A DNA stretch of 64,000 bases, from the NCBI GenBank assembly GCA_965113315.1, contig OZ220363.1; one strand, written 5' to 3'. Positions 50,401 through 62,491 of the stretch are shown piece after piece. The notes under the pieces were generated by a model that saw nothing but the letters and a program-made list of their open reading frames with translations, had not been told where the DNA came from and ran no database searches. Each line of letters starts with the position of its first letter. Position 1 is the stretch's first letter. The DNA comes from Podarcis vaucheri (lineage: Eukaryota). The translations under genes and the position numbers were made by a program.

Positions 50401-53400
50401 ACTGCAAGCTTGTGTAGCATTCTTCTTGGCTTGTATTTTAGACTGACTCTGATGAACATTCAGCATTTGGGTAAAGCATTATCCTTGACTACTGGCAACG
50501 CTGCCTGGGGCTGATGGTGTCCCAACAGCCTCTGAAGGGGCCACAGATTTCATATCCCTGCTGTAAAGGCAGACAGAGATATAAAAGTAGGCCAAAACTC
50601 CGCTGGCGTTTCTGTTGTGGTGTATCAATTTTCTCTGGTGCAACGGAAGAAGAAGAAGAAGAAGAAGAGTTTGGATTTGATATCCCGCCTTTCACTCCCC
50701 TTCAGGAGTCTCAAAGCGGCTAACATTCTCCTTTCCCTTCCTCCCCCACAACAAACACTCTGTGAGGTGAGTGGGGCTGAGAGACTTCAAGGAAGTGTGA
50801 CTGGCCCAAGGTCACCCAGCAGCTGCATGTGGAGGAGCAGAGACGCGAACCCGGTTCCCCAGATTACAAGACTACCGCTCTTAACCACTACACCACACTG
50901 GCATTTTGGATGAGCATTTTCATTTGCGAATGCCAAGGACCTGAAATTCCTGCTAACCAGGGTGGATAAAAAATAAATAAATTGGATTTTTAAAATTTAA
51001 ATCGGATTTTTAAAATAAAATGCTTTTGAAGGAAAAATCTTTCTAGTTTTCTATTTAAGTTACATGCAAGTCGAAAGACTATTCATCAGGAAATAAGGAT
51101 CTGTTTAAGTTTTTCATGTGTACTTAGTCTAAGTTTTTTTTTTTTTTTAAGATATTTAACCACAACAGTTAGCAAACATGGCTATACATGCTATAATGTT
51201 ATTGTTTTAGTTAAATAAATTGTTTAAATTGTTCTTAAGGGAATGTTTATCTTTCTCCTTCCAATAAAGTGCAGCAGAAAAGCTGTCCAAATATAAAGTT
51301 AACTTATTAAACCTCACAATAATTTCATAATTATCGCTGTATGTATTTCAAATAGTATAACCAAATCAGTAATTTCTGATATAACTGTAAAAACTACTCT
51401 GGAAATTGATTGTTCCAAAAATAAAGCCCTCATCTGATTGTAAATATTAAGATGATACCAGCAAGAATGAGTCTTTCTGTAAAAAAAAAAAATTAAATCA
51501 AGTCTTACTGACTAGTGATTTAAAGTGTGATTTAAATCAAATCCAACTTGCTGCTAACTGTGCAGTCCTATACAAGTCTACTCAGAAGCAATCTCTCTTG
51601 AGTTCAATGGGACTTGCTCCCAGGCAAATGGGTACAGGACTGCAGCCTCTGTTTCACACCCACTGTTTCAACAATCCGGTGCTGTTTCGCTATTTTCACC
51701 TAATGCCATTTTACCAATTGTTGCTGCTCTTTCTGCTTGTTTTTTGCCTGCCTTTTGCAATTAAGTTTTCTACTATTTATTTTGCTGTTTCATATTGATC
51801 TCTGTGGGTAATTTTATTTGTGCAGGCCCCTTTCAGTAGGCCTGGAGATAAAAGAGTGATGTGTTTTTTATATTTATCTAAACACTTACATGCTGCCCCA
51901 TAACAAAGTTCTGTGGGTGACTCACAATAAGTAAGTCAAAAAACAATCTGAATAGGAAGTCATAAAATCAAAAGCAACCTAAATACAACAGGAAAACAAA
52001 AACACACCAACAACTCCAATGTTAAAAACACAGTTTTAAAAAGAAGAAGAAGAGTTTGGATTTGATACCCCGCCTTTCACTCCCTTTAAGGAGTCTGAAA
52101 GCGGCTAACATTCTCCTTTCCCCTTCCTCCCCCACAACAAACACTCTGTGAGGTGAGTGGGGCTGAGAGACTTCAGAGAAGTGTGACTGGCCCAAGGTCA
52201 CCCAGCAGCTGCATGTGGAAGAGCGGAGATGCGAACCCGGTTCCCCAGATTACATGACTACCACTCTTAACCACTACACCACACTGTGAAGACCAGGCTA
52301 AATAGGCCATTTAACATATACATAAACCAAAAGTAATTATTGAAACTAAAGACTTGTATTTGGGCCCTACTGGACAAAGTAGTGGGTCCACCTTAATGCT
52401 GATGCTTCTCCTCCCAATCCAAAACAAATAATATTAATTTAAAAAATGATCTGATACCTCAATGCTGGGTGACAGGTGATTTTCATCATGGTGAACGTAT
52501 TCTTGAATTGTATGGACCTGCTGCATTAGAAGGTCGCAGTAGAGACGAAGCTCAGACATTTTGGTTTTCAGAGATTCATTGGTTTCATTAACTTCTGCAA
52601 GGACATTAGGAAGCAGAAACTTCACTGGTCAGGTATGTAATTTCCCGTGACAAGTTTTAAGATGTAGGCATTTACAGTGGTACCTTGGTTCTCAAAACGC
52701 TGTGGTCTAAACCACAGAGCCTAGGGATTGCTGATCAGAAGGTCGGCGGTTCGAATCCCCGCGACAGGGTGAGCTCCCGTTGCTCTGTCCCAGTTCCTGC
52801 CCACCTAGCAGTTCGAAAGCACGTCAAGTGCAAGTAGATAAATAGGTACCGCTCTAAAGGGAAGTTCTCTCTCTGCACACAACTGTCGCATTATGGGAAA
52901 GTATTGCTTCTTTTCTCTTGCATTCTGGGAAGTCTTGCTTCTAAGCTTTGTTTTGCTCACGCTGCATAAACTGTGCTGATGCTAAGACATTCCATCATCA
53001 CCCTGGTACGTTCTGTTCACCTTGAGTTCACACCATATCAATCTGTACTTACCCCTCCTTGTACATTCCTTTTTCGTACCACTCTGGTACGGGCAGTCCG
53101 AACCCATGCCTGTGTAAACTCCGCGTTCCTTTTCCCAACCTTTAACCTGTCTATGACTAATGTCTTATATGCAATAATTAATGTCTTGTATGCAACCCTT
53201 GTTTTGAACTTATGTTAACCAATCAGCAACAAGCACACGTGGCAAACGCAGTAATATTCAATAAAAGGGAGTCTCCGAGGTTTGCTCAAGAGACGCCTCC
53301 CGTATGACACCTACCTGCTCGTCTGTCGCTCATTTTCAACCCAACCGGTTGGGAAGGTAAACAGTGTTTCCATGCACTGCTCTGGTTTCACCAGAAGCGG

Positions 53401-56400
53401 CTTAGTCATGCTGGCCACATGACCCGGAAGCTGTATGCCGGCTCCCTTGGCCAATAAAGCGAGATGAGCACCACAACCCCAGAGTCGTTCGTGACTGGAC
53501 TTAACTGTCAGGGGTCCTTTACCTTTACAGTGATTATTGCTTTCATTTTATGGCTCAAAGGTCTCATTAAATAGTAAGATTCATGTTAAATTGCAGTTTT
53601 AGGGGTTGTTTTTAAAAGTCTGGAACAGATTAATCCGTTTTGCATTACTTTCTATGGGAAAGCGCGCCTTGGTTTTGGAATGCTTTGGTTTTGGAACGGA
53701 CTAAGTTTGAGAACCAAGGTACCACTGTATATTCCTTTAAACAAAAGGAATGTCTGACTTTTATTAGTAGTAGTAGTAGTTACATTTGTTAGTCGCTTTA
53801 TACAACAACAACAACAACAACAAATGTCTCCAAGTGACTTGACTTAAGATAAAATACAAACAGGAGCCAGGGCCAATGAGCCAACTAATTTTTGCTCTGT
53901 CCCCATCCTCCTCCTATGATGGCAACACTGAGACTAAGGAGAAGGAAGCTGGTCGCCAGGACCACTGTCTAGACTGGATGTAAATAAGAAGATAGGCAGG
54001 TAAGGGTTGGCTAAGGGCAGACTGAGGTAGCTGGGGCAGGGCCCTATCCGCCCTAACAGACCAGCCTCCACACACCGTGAGCAGGGCCCATCTTGTCTTT
54101 TAATATCTCTAGGGTGCTTAGAAAATACTATGGGCTTTGCTAGCGTTAAGAAATAATAATGTAAGGAGCTGTAAACCTCAAAACCCCTCAAAAGTGTGCT
54201 ACCTACTGCCATAAATAATTACTTTACATTTGCTGGGCATTTGACCGATAACTACAATAGTTAAAAACCAGGTGTTTTTAATAGGTTGCTTTTTCTTTTT
54301 ATAAAAAAGAAAGTATGAGTACCTTTTTCTTTTTTTGTTCTGGTGTCTGCCAAGCAGGCTTTCGAGCTCCCCAGAGCTACCAGCCACCGCTGTCGTTCAG
54401 CTGCATTAACGGCTTTCATGTAGAAATGCTGTTCCCCTGGGATGATTAACTCCATCCTGGTGCTGTCGGTCGGATGAACTTGCGACAGGGGCGAGATAAA
54501 TTAGAAGAACAGATTTTTCAAAGACTGCATGGAGTTACGTTAGTACTTCCCAGTTACGACTGTCCTGCTTCTAATATCTTGCCACTGTGATCCATGCGAC
54601 TGTCACCTCCAGGCTTGATTATGGTAACACGCTCTACGCGGGGCTGCCCTTGAAGCTGACCCAGAAACTCCAGTGGGTGCAGGTGGGTGCAGAATGGCGC
54701 GGCGAGACTCCTTAAGGAGTCCTCGCCGTGGGATCACATTCACCCGGTGCTATACCAGCTGCACTGGCTCCTGGTGGAGTACAGGATCAGGTTTAAGGTG
54801 CTGGTTTTAACGTTTAAAGCCCTCTACGGCCTAGGACCCTCGTACCTACAGGGCCGCCTCTCCTGGTATGCCCCACAGAGGATGTTATGGTCAGCAAATA
54901 ATAACATTTTATAGGTCCCGAGCCTCAAGATTAGACCCGGCCAGGTGGAACACTCTGTCACAAGAGACCAGGGCCCTGCAGGATTTGACATCTTTCCACA
55001 GGGCCTGCAAGATGGAGCTGTTCCACCAGGCCTTTGGTTAGGGTTCAGTCTGACTCCCTCTCCCCTTTCATAAGAACTTGCATGAAAGTGGCCTCCCAAT
55101 TTTTCTCACAGGCCCATATAAGTTCAGCACAAACAGTTGGGCCTGGTAAGCATTTAAGGTCCCCAACCCTAATCTGCAGGTTGCCAACTGATTGGATTTT
55201 ATTCTGATCCTGATCTGATTTTAGGATGTATTTTAATTGATTGCCTGATTTTATGTTAATGTGTTATACATTTGATGTTAGCTGCTCTGAGTCTGGTTTT
55301 GGCTGGGGAGGGCCAAAATCAATATTATTATTATTATCATCATCATCATCATCATCTAGTATATCAATCCAGCATACTGTTCTCACAGCAGCCAACCAGG
55401 TGCCTTTGAGGAAATCTGCAAGCAAAACCTGAGCACAATAGGGATCTCCCCATGGGCAATTCCAAGCAATTGCCTCTGACAGTGGAGGTAGAATATAGCC
55501 ATTGGGTGGAATTCAATGTTGCAGTCTTCCAATCCCATGTGGATAGCTCAGTTGGTTACAGCATGGTGCTGGTAACACCAAGGTTGCAGGTTCGATCCAC
55601 AGGGTCCCTTCCAACTCTACAGTTCTAGGATTCTATATCCCAATTGATCCAGCAGCACAAGCATTCTAGCCTGCCAGATGGAACAATACCCTCTCCCCTG
55701 CACTATTCTGGGGGGGTTCTCCCACCCCAGAAGCCTATTTTGGGGGGGGGGGCAAAGAGGGGGAAAGCCCCATTGAAAAAGCAGAGGTCCATGCACAGGG
55801 TGGTTAGGTGAATCCTGCCCATTGCATATCCACTGTTAGTCATACTCAGCATAGACCCATTGAAATTAAGGGACCTGACTAATCTAGGTTCATGAATTCC
55901 AATGGTCTACTCTGAGTGGCACTACCACCAGATGTAACCCACAGTTTTTCACCTGAGTTAAGGAAAATAAAGGCAGCAGAGCCTCTCTGGGTGATTCTGG
56001 AGAACAGCGGGGTGACATTGGGCAAGAAAGAGGAGGGAGGAAAACCCAAAAAAACGAAGGAGCAAAGGGAGAACCCGACCCTCAATTACTGGACCTGTGA
56101 CTATATACAGTAATAACATTTGTACTTGTACTAGGCGACAAGCTGATGCTTGAAATAATCGGCTTATTTTGCAAAGACTGCCTAGCTGGACTGGGCGATA
56201 TATCCTCCAAAACTGGTTTGAAGTTCATATTGTGATACCGGTTTCAGAGTTTTTGACCTGGCAATATATTGCGAATCATTATGTATGTGCGTGCGCGCAA
56301 AAATCACAATGTGGTAAAAACTGTGAAGCCAGCCAATGCCACTACACAGCTCCATCCTTATTTCAGAAGTTGTGATATATCGGTATATTACGATGTTTAG

Positions 56401-59400
56401 CTGGCGATATATTGCAATACTGGAAACCAGATATCGCCCAGCCCTACTGCTCACGTTAGATACCTAGCCTAGAAGGTAAGGAGAGTTTTCTTACTGAGAG
56501 AGCCTACCTTTGATTTCACACACTGCCATCTTTATGCTGCCTTTGCTGCCTTTGCAAACATCATCCTGCGAATCGTAGTAAGACAATATCCCGTTATCAA
56601 GAACAAACCAGCGAGGCTGCCAGCCTAGGGAAACAGTGCAAACAGAAAAAAACAACATTAATCTGCTTTGTTTCAAAATGCAATTATCACACGCAAGCAA
56701 CAGCACCGTTCCTCAGCTTAGACCCTTAGTTGTAAGCAAGATTTAAGTCTGTTTATGTAATGATCAAAATCAAAACAGACAACACACATTAATAACATAC
56801 AAATACGAATCGACATTTCCCAGACTTTGCCAGCTCTGTCAAAGTCCCGTACTATTTTTAAAAACTCATGAAATTGGGCATGGAGTTGGGCAATGTTCCC
56901 CCAATGTAGCTCTAATGAACAAAGCTGTGGAATCTCTTTAGATCAGCATTTGGAGTGGGGAGTGGAATTGGCATATACAGTGGAACTTAATCCGTTCCGG
57001 GAACCCGTTCGACTCCCGAATCCATTTGCAAACCAAGGAGCAGCTTCCTATTGGCTGCAGGAGCTTCCTGCATTCAAGCGGAAGCCGCGTCGGATGTCCA
57101 GCTTCCCAAAAACGTTCGCAAACTGGTATACTTACTTCCAGGTTTGCACCGTTCGGGGGCCGATTTGCTCGGGAACTAAGCCATTCGGGAACCAAGGTTT
57201 GACTGTACACAAGCAGGAAGCCTTGTTTGGATGAAAACTGAACCAGTTTAATCAGCAGACTAATTAATGTGTTCATTAATCAATGGGAGGAAAAAAATTA
57301 ATCAATAGGGCACACTTTGGGGCGTGTGTCTCTTTTTATTCCGACATGCAAAAATGCCACCCTGTGTTGAAAATACAATATTTAATGTGTACTGTATTTT
57401 TTTTAAGTGATTTATCATGAGACATAGATCTGTAATTAGTAGACAACCCTAGCAATATGCTGAAGTCCCTGATCACAAATGCAGAGAGTGGAGGGACAGA
57501 ATCTGAGTGTGACCTTTTTCCCCACTGGCAAGGGGCAGGTAGTTGAGTACTGTAGTGCTTTAAACAACAAAAAGATCAAGAGGGAGATGTAAAGGATGCT
57601 TACTGTGTAGATTTCACAGCTCTGTGCCTGTTAATTCATGCACAACAAAGCTGATAAGGAAAAAGGATAGCTCACATTTACCAGCTGCTTTTAGGAGCAT
57701 ATGAGATTAAATCTGTAAGTGCATTTAAAGCACTAAGCCGACACATCTGCCTCGCAAGTCACTGATATCTCCACCTAAAGGAAGGCTCTATGAATCTGGT
57801 ATGACAGCCTGTCTGAACAATACAATGCTACAAGTGTACATTTGGCACTGGAGGAGAAAATGCACAGTTACTACAAGGAAACCCAATCTTATAAGCAAGA
57901 ACTGTCCGCATTACAGCCGAGTGTTTTGTCCTCCATGTGTTCCAACCAGTCAAGATCTATTCATGGGAACGATGACATTCCTGAAGGAAAGCACATAGGT
58001 GAGTATCACTACAGATCATAAAAAACCCTAAATCTGGTGCACGCCACAGCGCAACAGACACTATTTCCCAGTGGAGTGTTTTTTGCCACCTGCAAATGTG
58101 CTTTGGTCAAAACGGTATGAGGAAATATGATAAAGAATGTATGGGTTAATGATCCAAGACAGATCAATTCGCAAGTTCAAAAAGACAGACCTTGCTATCT
58201 AAGCCTATTGCAGGAATTTGAACTTGATTCAAGTTGAGCAGAATGAGAAAGGAACTGCAGAATTAAACAAATTAATCAATCAATCAATCAATCAATCAAT
58301 CTTTATTACGGTCCAGAGACCCAACAAATCATTACAAATCAATACACAATTCATACAGCCTACCTCCAGGTTAATCAAGCATTTTGTTTAGAATATAGGG
58401 CTCATTTGTTCTTGCAACCACCGATAAAAACTTTGCCACTGCTAACGTTCTAGCATTTGTCCTGTCTTCCAGTAGGAACCTGACATAGTGAGCCTCTGAT
58501 TTTCCCGGGAAAGGTACCAGCAAGGGTATTAAACAAAGTCAGTGGTGCTGCAGTTAAGGTAGAGACCCGATGAAGCAGCTTATGGAACTCATATGGGATC
58601 TGCTGCAACAACAGCCTTGTTGTTCTGGCAAGTAAGAAAGCCTTTTCAACAAAATAAAAGGAAACAGCATCCTTTGCTGTCCCAGTGGCCAGCCCTGTAG
58701 AACAAACTGGAACCAACGAATAAATCAAATAAAATCCTCATGAGTTGGTGGAATCATTTATTCAATGATTCATTCTATTATCTATTATCTCTTTATGCTT
58801 TAAAGTGCAAATGTATTTTCAGCATGTATTTCACTTGTATACTCCTTTAAATTAATAACCTACTCAAGAAAATTTCCGTAGAGTGTTCTCTCTTATCTCA
58901 TTGCACAACGTTTGTACACCCAGTCCTTATCTAGCAAATGTTGGTTACAGACACAGCTTCTTCAGAAAGGCCCAAAAATTATTAAAGTAAAAAACAACAA
59001 CACCTCAGTATGTACCAGTTTGGGATTAACAGATCTATTTTCTGCCTCGGTCAATTTTGCACGTGTTTGTTCCATAGTCTGGCTCTGTCCATTTCTACAT
59101 TAATCTGCAACTTTTTTCCATTCAGAAATTAATATTTAAATGTGTATTTTAAATATGCACTTAAGTATATACCTTATCACAATATGCATATTTACCGTAT
59201 TTTTCGCTCTATAACACGCACCCGACCATAACACGCACATAGTTTGTAGAGGAGGAAAATCCGTAGGCATGCCACCAGTAGGCATTCCCTCCATAACACG
59301 CACAGACATTTCCCCTTACTTTCTAGGAGGAAAAAAGTGAGTGTTATGGTGCAAAAAATACGGTAAATACCTATTTTTATTTCAGTGTTACATTTCTAAA

Positions 59401-62400
59401 TGTATTCTGTCCTAAAATATGCATTTTGATACGTTTTCCGGGAGGGAAAGTATATTGCAAAATTTGGAAATGTACAAAATCCCAAGGATAATTTATGGTG
59501 TGATCTGTGTATTAGCCTAGGAGTTCCAAACTACCTAGGTCAGTCTTCTTAAAAAAATGCAGACCAACCAAAAACCTCCTTCGTCCCCTACTACCACTAC
59601 TGTATTGTGTATAATCAGCATGTCTTGCATGGTTGTCGTGCCAGCGGGGATAGTTTAGTGGGTGGGTGGGTAGAGGCGTCGAGGCTGCAATGCGAATGGT
59701 CTTGCCTCCCACAAATCAAAACTGCAAGACCTGACCACCAGCCATCATTATCAGCAGAATCAATCATTTGTCTAGGTTTTCAGTCATGTATTGATATGAC
59801 ACACCAGCTGCAGCCAAAGTTATCGAGCATCACTGTATACATGCACGAACATCTGTATGGCTGGCAGGCAGTCATAAGCCATTCCTTCCTAACCAATCTC
59901 CCCCAACCAGCTACTTCCTCCTCAACATTCCACCAGCCAAATCAACCCAAGCAATCCTTGTTGCCTTGGAGCTTGCCTGTTTCATTATATTTTTGTATAC
60001 ATTTTTAAGTTGCATTTTTTTTAAAAAAATAATAATTCCATTTTTGAAAGCTACCCTGGAAATTTCAAGGAAGGGAAAGGTATAAAACGAACAAATAACA
60101 ACTTGTGCGACTTTCTTCCCCTGCATTTCTGCCAAGCGATTGCTCCAACATCTTACTAGCATATGGTGACAAGGAGGGTCAAATATCTATTGTATTCTCA
60201 ACATACCTGCACAGTAGGGTTTTTTTTAATTCACATCTACTTGCTTCCTTGAACTGCCCCAAAGCTATCTTTGAATGTCAAGGTTCATCACCAGGGTCTT
60301 ATTCGTTCAAATAGCACCATATGTGTGCCGGGGCTGCTTACAAAGAAGGAGAAAACAAGTCTACTCCAGGGGGCTTACAATCAATGGAAGTGGAGTGAAG
60401 TGGGGGAAAACATGAGATTATTTCTGTTAAGCTTAGTTCCTGCAGGGTATTGGCTCTATGGGGTTGTTCTGATAGCTCCATAGAACAAGTATATGAAATG
60501 TTGTCTGTCCTTTCAGACAAGATACCCTCTCTGTCTACATTCAACAGAGTTTGCTGTGGTCATGTGAAGTCTCTAAATTTGCCGAAGGGGCCTGGGTATA
60601 ATTAAATGTCATATCATGCTAGAGATCAAATAGTGTCATGTTAGGAATTATGGCTGGGGCAACTCTACAAAATGCTTCTGAACCCTTTTACTGTAATTAT
60701 TTTTCAACATTTCCTTCTGTTACTTCCCCCTCCCCCAGCGATGCGATGCAATGCAACTCCAAGCCCTCTTTTATCTGTCAGCAGCCATATCTGCCATTAT
60801 CTCTGCGTGCAGCCTTATTTACTCAGCCAAGTTGCTAAATTTAAAGCAGGGAAGCTACTGTTAAAAGCACAGGCAAACAGAGTGCAACTTTAATTACACC
60901 TGCAGTCACCATATATATTTTGGGTAAGAGCTCTTGAGATAGGATGATAGATAATAAAAGAGGGAAGTTCTGGTGAGAACCTAGATGTGATGAAGGCAGC
61001 CAATTTGCCCTTTAATTGTCTCCTATGTTTGCATTTAAAATTGGCAAGTGAAACTTGGTAGGAGCAAGGTAGGGAACCTGTTTCAGCACGAAAGCCACAT
61101 TCCACTCAGGAGAAACAAGCCGGTGCCCCAGGGCATAGCCATAGCAAAAAGTGGAGGAAGCAAAGAATGCAAACCTCACCTCTGTACAGTAGATGAGCTC
61201 AGCTACCCTCCATTCCGGGAAGCAAGAGGCATTGTCAGAGCCAGGCAAGAGCCAGGCAAGAGCACTCAAAGAGGGTGTGACCCAGGACCAGAAAGGGGTG
61301 CCTCTGGGAGGGAATGGATTGGCCAGGAAAGTCTCAGGGGCCAGACAGAGGAGCTTGGAGGGCTGCACCCAGCTCTCAGGCCCTTGGTTCCCCCACCCAA
61401 GTCATGGAGCAAAAGGGCAGCCTTCGAAATTCGCCAGGCACATTTTGCACCTGACTATCGGCCACTTGCGACCAAGCGAAGCTCCCTGATGTCTCTGCCA
61501 TCTGAAGGTGAATGCCTGGGGATCCTTGGATCTTGACTATTTTCACACACTAGCAACACATCCCGGTGAATTCAGCAAGTTATATTTTATCTGCACCATT
61601 AGAATGGATTTCAGGAACCCAAAAGTCATACTGAGAAATACGACTTTCGAGCTGTCTGGCAGAAACACGGCAACAAGGCATTCTGTTTTGGTGACTGTAG
61701 CCCTGATTTAAAGAGCCATTTGGCACCGAGCTTATATGAGTTTCTAACACTGCAAAATGGGCATATGAGGGAGCCCCCCGCCCCTTTCCACACACAATCG
61801 CCTCTCTGCCCTGTGGGGCTGCCAACTATTTTATCCAGTCCAGCTCTAAGATTTCATTTCATTTCCCTTTTAATTTGCATACCGCCTTTCTATATTACTA
61901 TACACACGGCGGCTTACAAGCTGAAGAAACAACAAAATAAACAGCAAAGATCGCACACCTAATAACAACCCGGTATGAAAAGAAACTCATGACGACTTAA
62001 AAACAAACGACTTCTATCAAATGAAGCAATATCCCATAATCCATTAGAAGACAATAAGGAAAGATGAGGTAAACTTGGGGGGGGGGGGGAGAGAGATGGA
62101 TGCACACCCAGCCCCTATCCTGGAGGACCTTTGACAGGCAGCAAGGATTGTTTCCCACCCCACATTAAATGCCCATAGACTAGCATGTGTGGGAAGGGGT
62201 TCTCGGATTAGGGGGCTGGCAGCACTAGGCCAAACGCAGGAGCGCACGCTTTGAAGCGGCAGCCTCTTGCTTCCCCAGCCCTCGCCAAGCGCGCCTTCCA
62301 TTCTGCCAGGCAGAAACCCGGTCCAAGCCGCCCGGCTGCCACCCCCAACCCGGAAGCCGGCGCCCGGGCTCCAGCAGCGTAGCCAGGGACGACGACGGAG

Positions 62401-62491
62401 CAACAGCAGCGGGCGGGCGGCCCTCGCCCAGGTGCCCAGGACGCCCCTCACCTGTGATGTAATTGGTCCACTTGTACAGAACTCCTTCCAT
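44351..62491 (-). CDS. PLEKHA3: PLEKHA3 / FAPP1 (PH-domain PI4P adaptor), complete 8-exon CDS, 299 aa
   Basis: Spliced exons (40+117+156+137+165+44+116+125 = 900 nt) give [52 protein letters not shown]...ETLPPTS*; synteny with TTN. Confidence 0.97.
44868..45375 (+). mobile_element. L2-like LINE 3' fragment
   Basis: [15 protein letters not shown]...FKVLVLTFK remnant and (att)n tail. Confidence 0.8.
45473..46073. mobile_element. Tc1/mariner (Tc2/pogo-like) non-autonomous element with a GC-rich hairpin array
   Basis: TA TSD; TIRs ccgtattttgcgccccataagacgc / gcgtcttatggggcgaaaaatacgg. Confidence 0.88.
46541..46656 (-). CDS. PLEKHA3: PLEKHA3 exon 7
   Basis: [25 protein letters not shown]...DDID; cag| and |gtaag. 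Confidence 0.93.
46890..47075. mobile_element. Internal fragment of a Tigger-like MITE (family of 56978-57205)
   Basis: Shared core attggctgcaggaagct...aagcc...cgga...cttccaaaa. Confidence 0.55.
47456..47696. mobile_element. Tigger-like MITE
   Basis: TA TSD; TIRs cagtggtacct / aggtaccactg; subterminal tandem gtaacctgaagcgtat. Confidence 0.88.
47810..48047 (-). mobile_element. tRNA-derived SINE (Squam3-like), copy 1
   Basis: Near identical to 50647-50901 and 52042-52286. Confidence 0.85.
48538..48581 (-). CDS. PLEKHA3: PLEKHA3 exon 6 (44 bp; missing from the ORF track)
   Basis: ctag|ATGAAACGTTCTGTTAGCCAC...GAGAG|gtaagt = [14 protein letters not shown](R). Confidence 0.92.
49339..49540 (+). 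mobile_element. Older tRNA-derived SINE (MIR/Squam3-like)
   Basis: ccagtgtggccaggtggttagag...gagttcaaattccc head; gttgtgaggataaa core. Confidence 0.6.
49682..49937. mobile_element. Tc1/mariner (Tc2/pogo-like) MITE with an internal perfect hairpin
   Basis: TA TSD; TIRs ccgtatttttt / aaaaatacgg. Confidence 0.85.
50122..50286 (-). CDS. PLEKHA3: PLEKHA3 exon 5
   Basis: [36 protein letters not shown]...SPSPVQM. Confidence 0.95.
50647..50901 (-). mobile_element. tRNA-derived SINE (Squam3-like), copy 2, with (TTC)n tail
   Basis: Minus-strand head ccagtgtggtgtagtggttaagagcggtag with B box gggttcg; (gaa)n on +. Confidence 0.88.
50958..51550. mobile_element. hAT non-autonomous element, AT-rich, 593 bp
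   Basis: Perfect 8-bp TSD ctgctaac (50950-50957 / 51551-51558); TIRs cagggtggat / atccaacttg. Confidence 0.85.
52042..52286 (-). mobile_element. tRNA-derived SINE (Squam3-like), copy 3
   Basis: Near identical to copy 2. Confidence 0.88.
52458..52594 (-). CDS. PLEKHA3: PLEKHA3 exon 4
   Basis: [32 protein letters not shown]...SPSIE. Confidence 0.95.
52675..53727. mobile_element. Tigger-like MITE containing a Sauria SINE (~52698-53528) that is itself interrupted by an LTR-like insert (52865-53350)
   Basis: Perfect 22-bp TIR cagtggtaccttggttctcaaa and TA TSD; SINE halves match 40236-40580; gggaag at both insert junctions. Confidence 0.85.
54323..54478 (-). CDS. PLEKHA3: PLEKHA3 exon 3
   Basis: [39 protein letters not shown]...KKEK. 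Confidence 0.95.
54588..55355 (+). mobile_element. L2-like LINE 3' fragment
   Basis: QNGAARLLK...[38 protein letters not shown]; (att)/(atc) tail. Confidence 0.85.
55540..55636 (+). mobile_element. Short SINE remnant with a tRNA-like head and CR1-like tail
   Basis: gatagctcagttggtt...gcaggttcgatcc directly followed by gggtcccttccaactctacagttctaggattcta. Confidence 0.65.
56186..56446. mobile_element. hAT-like MITE
   Basis: TIRs ctgggcgatat / atatcgcccagcccta. Confidence 0.7.
56508..56624 (-). CDS. PLEKHA3: PLEKHA3 exon 2
   Basis: [16 protein letters not shown]...VCEIK; ctag| and |gtagg. Confidence 0.96.
56978..57205. mobile_element. Tigger-like MITE, left TIR partly deleted
   Basis: ta-cagtgg...aaccaaggtttgactg-ta. 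Confidence 0.7.
58274..58460 (-). mobile_element. 5'-truncated LINE 3' end with (GATT)n tail
   Basis: Minus strand: ORF remnant [11 protein letters not shown]...*, then ggtctctggaccgtaataaa and (gatt)n. Confidence 0.5.
59195..59363. mobile_element. Tc1/mariner (Tc2/pogo-like) MITE, 169 bp
   Basis: TA TSD; TIRs ccgtatttttcgctctataacac / gtgttatggtgcaaaaaatacgg. Confidence 0.85.
61064..61400. mobile_element. Old hAT-like non-autonomous element
   Basis: caaggtagggaacc ... ggttcccccaccc termini. Confidence 0.5.
62452..62491 (-). CDS. PLEKHA3: PLEKHA3 coding exon 1
   Basis: actATGG Kozak; [13 protein letters not shown](G); donor G|gtgag. Confidence 0.96.

Noticed and set aside
61048-61536. 162-aa ORF
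   Set aside because: Overlaps an old hAT-like element; no recognisable domain or splice structure.
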